DNA of 64,000 nt from Phoronis australis. Its lineage: Eukaryota; Animalia; Phoronida. The DNA is taken from NCBI GenBank assembly GCA_002633005.1, contig NMRA01000084.1, forward strand, positions 524,030 to 588,029. The letters are read 5' to 3'. The position numbers were made by a program, and so were the translations under genes. The notes under the pieces are model-generated. The model had not been told where the DNA came from. It did no database searches and was given only the letters and a program-made list of their open reading frames with translations. Of the stretch, positions 39,601 to 51,600 are shown piece by piece. Position 1 is the stretch's first letter, and every line of letters begins with the position of its first letter.

Positions 39601-42600
39601 AGGACAAATGGGATGTCTCACCAATGGCACATTTTCTAACTAATGAACATTCAGACAAATGTAAACAACCAGTACATTACAATTTGCTTGTAGCACAACA
39701 AAGTACTTCTTAAACTGCATTACAATTCGTTTATACAGAGCAGCGTAATTGATCGACAGGTCCACCATGCTTGTAGTCTAGAACGTTGCTGTGCAATGGT
39801 AGTACAATATAATCCAGCACTGTTCTGCACTTAATAGTGTAAAGTGGTGCCATGTAATTAATACTAATTACGGTGAACATCACTTCACGGGCATGATAGA
39901 GCAACGCACCGACAACGTATTGGCGGAAGAAGTACATGTGGGCAGGATGAGGGATGTCCAGCCCTCGCACGTGGTCACGTGATATACGTGACGGCAAGCA
40001 GTACTGGCAAACAGCCAGCCATGGCATGTCGTGCAAAATGATTGCATACTCAATCGACAGAATAAATATTTTCGCGGCCAGAATAAATTGCTACTACATG
40101 TATTTTCATGACATATCGAAAACTGAGATTAAAGTACAGTCATGTAAAATAGGGTGATGGTTAAGAACATGTACAACTTGAGTGTGGACAAGAATTAAGC
40201 CAACCAGGGGCCGGTATCTAAAACTTTACTCAAAATCAAACTCGAGATTATGTTTAAGGTGTTCCATTCTACTTTGGTATGGACTTAAGATAAGTGCCTA
40301 TTTTTCTGTGCTCGGGTGTATTGTAGTTTACGTGGATGAACGTGCTTATCAGACGGGTAACCAAGCGTGACTTTGGACTCCACAGTGGCTTGTGTAGTCC
40401 ATTTAATACTCAGTCACTTAATAATAGAAAAATAGTTTAGTTATAGTAAGAAGAGCGGCAAATATATTTTCGAGTTCGATATCGGGTAAAATCATTGCAC
40501 CACGGGCTTAGGTTTCCCAAACCAATCAGAGTCAAGAAGAGAACAAAAATTATTCGTTTGATTAAACATTGTGGAAAGTTCATCCAAATACTGAGGTGTA
40601 ATTCTGAAAAAATACGGATGCGTTTAAATTTTCATGGGTTCGGGTTTTGACCCACTTTTTAGCAGAACAAGGGTATTTGGAATAAAGATCTGAGTTGTGC
40701 TGTAGATTGTGATTATTCAATTATACAGATCAGCATTTGTGTTGGCTTGCGAACTTATTCAAATAATCAATATATGACTCGGCAACAGGCGCTGTATCTT
40801 TTGAATTTTTCATTTGAGTGTGAAATTAGAAATTTGCTACTGCGGCAATACGCTCGGTACTGTCTTATATTTTTCATTTGATTCTCAAAAGCAACAGATT
40901 TGCAGTGCTTACCCAAAACATGTCCGTCAAATTGAACATCAACATGAGACCACGATATCAAAATGCTTTAAAAATACATTCAATCAATCAGAATTGCTAT
41001 GACCATTATTGCCATCATCGCCCTGGTCTTGATCACAGCCATCATTATTTCTCAGTACCGGCATGACTCCAGAGGCAAAGTGCTTTCAAACAAAGTTATT
41101 ATCCAGGCTGTGCACCTGTTCGTTCCTTATCCACACCAAAAACGTTCATCATTTGCATGACAAACACTACCCTTAAGTAGTCAGTACATCATTTTCATTT
41201 CGGTTGAGGGAAATATGAGAAGCCGGCAGGAGAAATTGCAATCGAAATAAAGCCTTAATTTCCCGTCAGAGAAACGTGCTCTCGTAAAGTGAAATTAGCC
41301 TGCAAAATGATGCACAGAAATAACAGCAATCTGTGCTTTCTATTTCCAGGACAGCATCATTTTTGTGTTAGCTTAACACATTCAATTGAATCTGAAAGTG
41401 TGAATTTAGAGTTTCGAGTACAATGCCGGCTTATTGGTGAGCTTAAGCTCACTAAATATTTTCCATATAGATCGATATACTGTCTGATCGTAACAACTAT
41501 CAATGAAAAGCGACACGTCGTAAGAGCGTCGCACGTCGAATATGTGGCCAGCTGGTCATTCGTCGCACGAACGACGTAAAATCTCGTCGTAGCAAAAAGC
41601 TATTGGTTGCGGTACACTCGATGCTAGTTTGATGAAAATCAGCTTCTGTGAAATGCATGGGTCTGTTTTGATTGGATCTGATGCTGGAAATTGTGAAATT
41701 TTCTTATCTCAGTTATACAGAGGGTAAATGACTCAGCTATGCATGATTCACGAGTTGTTCAGCTATAACACCCACGATTTCTAATGCGTTATTGAATTGC
41801 ACTCCATCAATGATTAAAATCTCAAGTGTGTCTTTCGGTACAGTACATGTAAATGCCTCTGGGTTGAAACCTTTCGAAAAGAACCAGACACTTCTACTGC
41901 CAATAGATTGCAGAAAACGAATCTTATCAGTCCTGTGCGAATTTTTCAGATTTCTGACCATTGCCAACAAATTTGTTTAGTTACCGAAGTTTTTATTGTA
42001 CATTTTAGAGGAAGTGTGCACGCTATTACTGTACGTGTTAGATAGGAATTATTTCTCATTAATTTCCGTACCTTTCTCTGCTGATGAAAAAATCCTCTAA
42101 TTTCATTATGGCACAGATGTGTTAACGAAGACGGTGAGTTTGTATGAAGACGGCGAATTTACAATTAACAATAAACAGAATAAAATGGCGGTGAATTCTT
42201 TTGACGTCCATTTCTGGTTTCTGGAAAGTTTAAATTTCAACAAATGAATTTTTTGCAAAAATGGTATCCCGTTGTCTAAAATGTCACTTTAGTTTTTATG
42301 TCAATCAATCCCGTGCATTTCCTTTCTTTACGTACTTGTTTTTATGAAAATTTACTTGACACATATTTAAAATCCAGTAAATTGTCAACAAATGAGCAAG
42401 GCGAACATCAATTTAGAACACGGGGACGCTTTGCCACCAATTTGGGCATTTTTAATCAGAGACCTCCTGCAGTACTCTCGTCTCAGTACATTTCCGGGAT
42501 CAGACTCCGCGCCTGAGCCTTCTGCATGGTTATATGTTGTCGTGAAAGTACACGAAAAGAATCCCACGGTGACACTCTATCCGGTCGCATTTGGGCTACT

Positions 42601-45600
42601 CGACAGGCTTGCTCTTCAAAGAAACCATAGCGCTTCAGCTGACATTAAGTTTGGAAAGAAGCTTGGATAATCAGGCGTGAAATTGCCCAGTCTAAACATG
42701 GTAGCGCCAATAGTGTTTTTTAAAGTCTCACTGGAAAGTCTTTAAATGGCAAAGTAGAATAGTCCCTAAAAAGCACATGTGGCTTGGTTCCTCAATTTTC
42801 AAAGTCGGACAACAAATGTGACTTTTACATAAAAAATTACAAAGTAGTCCACGGCCAGTATTCTACATTACTAACTCTGCTGGGTGCGCAACATAATGGG
42901 TCAATTCTGAAGGGTAATCAACCAGCAGTTATTAATTGAAGAAAGTCATGTGTCATCGAACAATTCTGGGCATGAGGGCGTGAGCAGTCGCTTGCACTTT
43001 ATACACGGTAATGGCCAACAACTAGACTCTGTTTTGGAGAACGAAAATTTATCGCCCACTGCTACTGTAAATACAAAATTCTCAAGGCATTCCAAGACGA
43101 GTCATCGTCTTCCCAAATTAATCAACAGTACATTTATTAATTTTCTGAAGTCTTAATTTCTTCCAATGGAATAAAAATTAATGAACAACGCAGCTATTGT
43201 CATTTGAGATTACAATTTTGGGACACTCTGTACTTACCACATTTTGGAGGTGGGTAAGAAGTTATATGTGAAATTCAGGTAAAAATACGCCGTAATGACG
43301 ACGATGTACATTGATGGACATAGTTATTTACTCCATTGAGCGTCTGGTTAAGGCCGAGATATAATTTGTGAAATATTGTCAACAGCTTCAAGACGTGTTC
43401 CTACAGACTGGAGAGTCTCTTGCGTCTATGGAACTTGTTTAACGTTGAACTTAACATCACAATGTCCGCCATGGGAAATAGAGCTCGAGTTGATAGCTGT
43501 TGCGAAATTATTTAATCGTCCAGGGAACAGTTATTACCATTTAAATGGGATTCACAGAAACCTGATCTGAACGAGAACGTCGATGTCTTGATGACTTCAA
43601 GCTCTATGCAGAAAATTTTATTAACGAACATTTTTGTGATAACATCTGAAGAAAACGTGATCAAACCAGAGCTCATGTGACCCCGTATCCTCTAAAGCCG
43701 TAATTCTGGTCCCCAGCTAAGACGGCCGTACATGTACTGTAGGCTTTTGCGAAGGCGTTGCTGGTAAGAGCCAAACCATTGCTAGTTTGCTAACTGACAA
43801 AAGTTGAAACACCACCGTCGAAAACCATCTAGATGAGTATTTGCGTATAAGATTTCAGAATACGACCATGTTAGCTATATAGCCTTACTCATACTGCTGT
43901 GCACCAAGCTTAAAACCACAAATCCAGGCGCACAACCTTAATTTGCTCTGGTACCTGTACAGAACGTGAACAATTAAGTGTTGTCGGAAAGAAATTAACT
44001 TGCACTCTACTCTAGGTCAGTGAGGACATACATGTGTATATGTCTTTGGCGAACATTAAAAAAACAGTATGGGTGGCCTGATGTCATTAGCTGTGCATCA
44101 GACGTGTTCAGGCCTCGTGGTAAGGCCCATTGCACAAAACACCTAAGGTAAAGCACGGGAACCCCATTATGGTTCCTCGTGAAAGAAGTTTTCAAGTCTG
44201 CCAGTCTCTTTTAAGAAAACGGACACTAGACGTTTCCATTTGTTGCCATGCACTATATGTTGTAGGCATGTAACAGTGTCATCCAATAGGTTGCTCCTTA
44301 GCCTATACGAAGCTCGACAAGACTCTACCAGGTGTTAAGGGGATTCTACGTCAGTACCACACTTGGGACACACTGGGCTCCCCATATGCCCAGTAATGTG
44401 TCTGTGTCCGGCTAGGTTACAGTGCCCCGTCAAAATGAAAATCTTCTCCCGTATTGCAGGCGACTTTATCCTAGGAAGATGGGGCTCCTTCACACAGCAG
44501 CAAGATAACCTAGGCTTTTCTGGAAGAGGCCACATCACAGGATGAGTGGCCCTCGCCTAGTCCTGACTGCAATCCAATGGATTGGGACTTTCTGAAGGAG
44601 AAAGTTTACTGTGGAATGAGAGGCGGACTGACTGAGCAGGATTCAAAAGACATAGAGAATCCTACACGAATCTCAGGTTTACGACATGGGCAAATCCTCA
44701 TGGAAATTTCTTTACTGAAAAACTCGAGGTGTCTAAAACTTTCAACCACACGACGCAACTTTTGTAAAAACACGCTTGCGCAATGTAAAGTAATTCATTT
44801 ACTTTTTGTTAATAGGCTTATTTTGAGCTTAACAATTGTAAAATGCATTGAACTTTCGTAGCAAATATTCAAGTTAGAATCTAATAAATAGTCTTTGAAG
44901 TTGTAATATTAAAACTTAAAAAATATCTATAAATATGTCAGTAAGGCTTCCCCGCGCGTGAGCACTGAATTGACCTTCAAACAGCACAGCTTTACAGTCT
45001 CGCCGCGTTTCTTGAGTTGAGGCTCGTCTCCGTTTGAATGAACGTGGATATGGAATTCGCCGCCGAAGATGGGTCTGTTTAAGAAATTGTTCGCATGTCC
45101 TTCTGACTGGGAGTACGTACAGTTGCGACACCCGATCTATCAATCATAACCTTGTCACCTCGGAATTCCGGCATTGTTTGGTAGGCGCGCGTTTGGTTGT
45201 TTTAGTGATTTGCAGACGATAAAATGTAAGGCGTATGGATTTCTACTTAATTTGCACTACTTTGTGATTAGCCAGGTGTTATTAACCAGTCGTGTCGTAA
45301 CACATTCCCGCTCATGTGAAAGATGGACATTATGTCAAGAGGGAAAATCTCAATGGAAAAAATACGGAAAAGCATTTCTGGTTGGCAAAAAACGGTTCCG
45401 TTCATTCGTGGAAGACGAGGAAGATGGAGGCCCCATTGACCATAGACTGAAATAAGCGAGCTTTCCTCTGATATTTTATTTTTGACCTGATGTTTGTATT
45501 TTGACAGTACTCGCACAATCGGACACAGATATCTTTGATATTTTGTTAATTTATTGATGATATTCTAAGGTTCATCTAAGAAATTTGAAAAAATCGGTTT

Positions 45601-48600
45601 AACCTGCTGCGAAATTACTTGTCAAAAATGGCTCCCTTTCTGGGACACCTGATATATACGCATGTTTATGTACGTTACGTACGTACTGTGTATGTAGATA
45701 CGTATACATGGATGTATACTTGCATGTACACGTATGTATGTACGTATATAGGTGTATGTACGTGCGTACGTACGTATTATATATGTAGGTAAGTGTGCGT
45801 GCGTGTGTGTGTGCGAACTGTATGTGTGTGTATACATGTAGGTTTGTACGCACGCGTATGTATCTGCTTATCCACGTGTATATGCATGCATGCATACGCC
45901 AGTCGTTGATACTTCACTGGGAATGCAGCGGTGCGTTTTAAAGACACTACTGCGACTGATGTAACCCTCACTGTACTCACAATTCATTTTACACTCTCAT
46001 AAACGACATTCAAAGAACTCTGAGCCAGAAAAATTGAGATAACTGGGGTCTTAATTTGGACTGGGTGTTAGACTGTTCCCTGATGAGTTAAGCTACTCGC
46101 AATTCAATTTGCAAAGCGGCATCTTTAGAAAATGTAAGTAAAATGTCCAAGGGACCGAGGTACTGCAGGGTCCAGTCTGTGTGCCAGCTTGATTGGAACA
46201 CATTAATAGCATCGAAATTGCACCTAACATACCATCTCCAGACTCCCTGTATGCATGTATATTAAAATATGCAGGTACCTATTACATAATTGGGCCTTAG
46301 ATATATCCAGGTATTAGATAAGCAGACACAAACAGGATCACTGCATTCCTGCTAACGTCTGTTTCGAAGGAATTCGACGTTGCTGGCGATCCANACTGTA
46401 CTCACAATTCATTTTACACTCTTATAAACGACATTCAAAGAACTCTGAGCCAGAAAAATTGAGATAACTGGGGTCTTAATTTGGACTAGGTTTTAGAACG
46501 TACCCTGATGAGTTAAGCTACTCGCAATTCAATTTGCAAAGCGGCATCTTTAGAAAATGTAAGTAAAATGTCCAAGGGACCGAGGTACTGCAGGGTCCAG
46601 TCTGTGTGCCAGCTTGATTGGAACACATTAATAGCATCGAAATTGCACCTAACATACCATCTCCAGACTCCCTGTATGCATGTATATTAAAATATGCAGG
46701 TACCTATTACATAATTGGGCCTTAGATATATCCAGGTATTAGATAAGCAGACACAAACAGGATCACTGCATTCCTGCTAACGTCTGTTTCGAAGGAATTC
46801 GACGTTGCTGGCGATCCAGATAGTGAATTTGTCAGTCCTACTAATATACAGCCGGTCATGTCAAAATCCAAGAGCATATATTGCAATCTCACAAAAGTAT
46901 CACTGATCTCTCTTTAGGGAGTTGCCAACTTCAAAATTGAGAATTAAAAAGTTGTTGACATTTTAGTTTGGTATTATTCACTTCAAATTTGACGTGTGAT
47001 AATAAACTGACTAATTAGGTCATTCAAGGTCGTAAAGTAAGCACCACACTCATTGGTTAATATTGGACCAATACACTTTACAGTAGCCAATGAAAAGCAA
47101 GGTTACATAGAGATAACACCATAAAAGCTGCTTATACATCATGCAGCAGATTTGCATCAAGTACTAACTAAAACCAAACAACAGTATGTCAAATTCAGTG
47201 GCAATTTTTTAAAAATGAAAAAGTTGTGGAAAACTAATGCAAATAATACTGGGAACTGCTTCTTCAGAAATATAAACGCTGCTTAAAGAACATACAACAT
47301 AATGAAACGGCTTAAGCAAATACCTTTGTTTTGGTTCACGATAATAGTATCAAAAATACCAATATGGTACCTGTAGCATAACTGCACAAGCCCATGGGTT
47401 ACCATGACAACAAGATATGCATATTCATCACAAGCATTCATGGCAAGGCCCATGGCATTATTATAGCGTGTTTACAATAGAAGCACATGATTGGTTCTTT
47501 TAAATTAGCTTATGGCGTAAAACTTGCATTCTTTACACGATATTGTGTTTTCTGTTGCAAAATGAAGTGCATGGTTTGTTCATATGCAAACAGCATTTTC
47601 TGCAACAAACGTTCCCGGCATATTCTTGCTTTTGTTTTATTGCAGTTTAGCTAGTAGTAATAACTGACTACTGAAATAACTATAAAACAAATTTCCCGAC
47701 ATTGCCGAGCCGCCTGGCCCCTTCTATTGGTGATTGAGAATTGACTGGTTCCCGTGAAAATTTCTCCGACCTCTGCCTGTGCTCGTCGACCACAACTGTA
47801 AGGCCCTGCACCATGAGTCAGATAGTTTAAAGAGTTTCCACTGTGAACCTGAGCCCCAAAAAGAATTCTATTAATACACAGTGCTGTAGTCGTAAAATTA
47901 GAGGCAAGTAAGCGCCCAAAGCCCATAGTATCACTTTGAGCTCTGAACGTAACTTACGGTGCGTAGGCGCTAAATTTAAATGCCAAAAGGTGGTTGGCTG
48001 CGCCTACGTGCGCCTACGTACCACTGCAGCACTTTTAATACATATTAAGAGATTTAATAGCGTTTAGTATACCTGTTGCCATGAAACAAGTCAAAAATTA
48101 AATAATCTATTTTCTGTTATCGGGGCTGTACGTAAAGGGTGGAAGAACGTCTCCGCCGTTGTTGTGTTCACCAGTGCGGTACTAACGAGTTGTGAGGAAA
48201 GTCTGCGGAGAGCTGCCTTTTTCAGACACGAAAAGGTGCGTTTGTGGAGGCTGTAGTAACACCAACTTGATTGAGAACGTCCCTGTGTACAATTTCCTAA
48301 AAACGTGACAGTTGCACAGAAATATCATCGCTTTGTGCGCCGCACGGGAATTTGGAATGCCAACGTAGAACATTTGGTTCAATCGGGAGCCACATTTTGT
48401 TAGGCACATTTCAAGGAGTCGTGTTTCGACAAAACACAAAAGCGGCTTTATGATGAAGGATTCGTCACCTTGTAAGCGTGTTTGCAAAGTTCATAAATAA
48501 CGAGCAAACTGCTTCCATTCTAGGGCGAGTGATGCCAGGCCCTCAACTCCAGCCCAGATCGAATGCTACGACACGTAGCCCTATGCATTGGTTTTTAGAC

Positions 48601-51600
48601 CGTGCTCATCATGGCAGTCATGAATACGAGGGATTCAGGTTTACTGGCAATGGTTATTAAGTGTGTATTTTGTAAATAATAGCCATCCCTTGGTTCAGTT
48701 GACTGGGCAACGCCAGAAATTTGTAACATTCTTGATCCGCTAGGTGACGCTTTGCGCCATGTCCCTAACCAATCATAACAACGCATAGTAAGGTTAAAGG
48801 TCAGGAAGCTTGGGCGCTAGTACCGCGAGCCCGACTGAAGTCTGCAGAGCAATACTTGTCAAGTTTACAATAACAATCTTTGGAATTTCTGGAATTACAC
48901 AGTCTACAGTATGACAGTGCTAGCTGGGTNGAGGGATTCAGGTTTACTGGCAATGGTTATTAAGTGTGTATTTTGTAAATAATAGCCATCCCTTGGTTCA
49001 GTTGACTGGGGCTCACATAGGTCTGCAGCATTTCTCGTGCAGGTGGATCGAGTTCATGTGCCTTCAAAGCCGATGAAAGTTCGCTAACTGAGAAATCGAA
49101 TTCATTGTCTGATTCTTCAAGTTCTTGAGTGCGATGCCCGTATCAACTCTCCTCTGTCTCCATAATAATTATCCAGTTCTCAGTCTAAGTCGTCCTAGTC
49201 TCTGATCTGCTGTGTTCCGCCATTGCAATTGATTGTTAAGTGACCAAACGTCTTCCACCCATTACATCATTTGGCAGGAAACTTGGAAATAACAATTTTT
49301 TTTCAAAAATGAAACATATTCTCGACTGTTTGGTATAAAAATGCTTATTTAGTTAGATTTTATGATATTAATTTCATATTCGCTAACTGAAACCCCAAAA
49401 AATAAGAAAATGCATGTTGGAAACTCTTTAAACCTGACACATCCTTGTCTATTCCAAGAACCCCTGTCTGAGAATACTTGAAGGGTTTGTCAAATTTAAA
49501 CAGCCTGAGGTATAAGTCATCATTACTCTGCACTGCTGCAGGATGGTAAGTTTTTATTTGAATGTATATTGTTTTCTCACCCAGTTCTAGCTTTTGACGA
49601 AGTGAAAGCACAAGCCTATTATTCCAGTCTCGTCGGACATACGTTCAACTGGATATACCAATGACGTGAGCTGAGGTGCCATCAGCAAATTCGTAGTATG
49701 GTAGTATGAGGCACACCAGAGTCATGAGACTAAATAACGAACTACTGAATCGTGTGAATCGACTGTGACAGAGGCTGTTATATCCTAGAGCTTAGTATGA
49801 GTCGATAATATTGAATAAATACCGTTCTATATTAAACATTGTAGTTGAATTATAGCAAGGGTTTGGACATTTTGAATAGAATGCTTATGTACCGGTTAAA
49901 ATAATCACTAATTTTAAAAAATAATCACACCATACATAAATGGTATCCCTGGATAAAGACATACAAGTCACGATGTTGTTCTCTGTGTGAGGCCCAGCTT
50001 CTCATTGGCTAAAATAAACCGTATCAGCCACTCTTTAACAAATGAGAATATAGCTTTCTCAACGACCTAAGCTACTTCATGATGATAAGTGTGTGTGTTG
50101 TTCTATCATGACTTTGGTATCAACATTTCACATTTAAATGATTAATCAAGCTTTGGCCAGCTGACTATCAACATTTTTCAAGTAAGTTGGGGCATTTTTC
50201 TCACGAAGATATAAGTGAAATTAGGGATCGTGTGAATTGCATGAAAACCCCGGTAAAATCAAATATCCTTCACGACTGCACCTGGAATTCAACGTATCGT
50301 AACGGTACCATTTGGTTATGAAAACATATGCACGTGCTTAAGACCATTTTACGCAGATGTTTGGCAGCTGGACATCATTTAAATTAATTCTGATCATGCT
50401 GCAATTGAATGAAGAAACTCACCTAAGCCCAGTGACAAAACATTGCACGCGCTTGCTGTCTTCATTGTAGGTCATAGTCTCGGCCTCGACTTCCTCATCG
50501 TCTGCATCTTGCTTTCGTTCAACAGTTTCACAGTTGATAACTTCCCAGTCCAGATTAACCTTCAGAAACACGTTCGCACGCTCTAGACATTCGCTGTAAA
50601 GTTGAAGATACGAAAGCACGCTTTGACCTTGTTTTTCTACACAAAATGCAAAGACAAAATATATTCTTGCGGTGGTTATGGAGAATTTTTTCGCCTAACA
50701 ATCAGTAGCCTGTGTCCATCTAAAATGTTTGATATTTGTAGGTCACACTTGTGCTCTCTCATTGTGCATCAATAAAATTAGGAAACTAATTGTTTTCTCG
50801 ACTTTCGTTTTACCACAATTTTTGAAAAATACGCTGAATTGCAAATCCCCGAAATTGAAACCCTTTTATTGTAAATTCTAACTCAAGTCAGGGGCGGATC
50901 CAGGATTTTGAGTTGGGGGGCAGGGCATAGGAATAACCAGAATATTGCCTAATGCGCGCAACCAGCCTAAAATGTAGGGATGTAGAGGGTCTCGAACTTT
51001 TGGGTTTGTGGACTAAAAAAAAAAACGGGGTTTGTTCAAGGCCTATGCAAGGAGCATTCGCCCCTCCACGAGCCCCCTGGGTGCTCGAATATGTTAGTCA
51101 GCAATTCGCACCCCGAACTGTCGAATGGAATCTGGGAGAATTTTAATGGGAGGGGGCATGCCCCCCTTGGCACCCCTCTAAATCCGTCACTGCAAGTACT
51201 TTGGAATTAAAACCATAGCTGAAACAAACTCAGCGAATAATTTTAACAAGCTAACCCTGAAATGTGTTGAAAGAGACGCGGAGCCAATATTAATCCAATA
51301 AAAAATCTTGACTAATCGTTTCTGATAATGTGGGAAAAAACATCCAAGGAAGTTTCCAAAACAACATATCCACAGGTGTCAAACTGTCCAGTTAACTTTT
51401 GTGTCCCAATAACGTCTTGGAAGAGCGTGACTTAGCTCACCTTTGGTATCACTGACCCGAAAAAAACAGCAAAGTGAGAGCACTCACACCGACGACAAAG
51501 ATTATTGCGTAATCAATCCAGTTTTGTCGTACCTGGGATTGTGACAACGTTCTCCCTAGCAAATGGCGGCGAGATATCTTGGCTCGTGTAATAGAAAAAA

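Noticed and set aside
45599-45980. H/T/Y-rich ORFs
   Set aside because: They are translations of the dinucleotide low-complexity tract.
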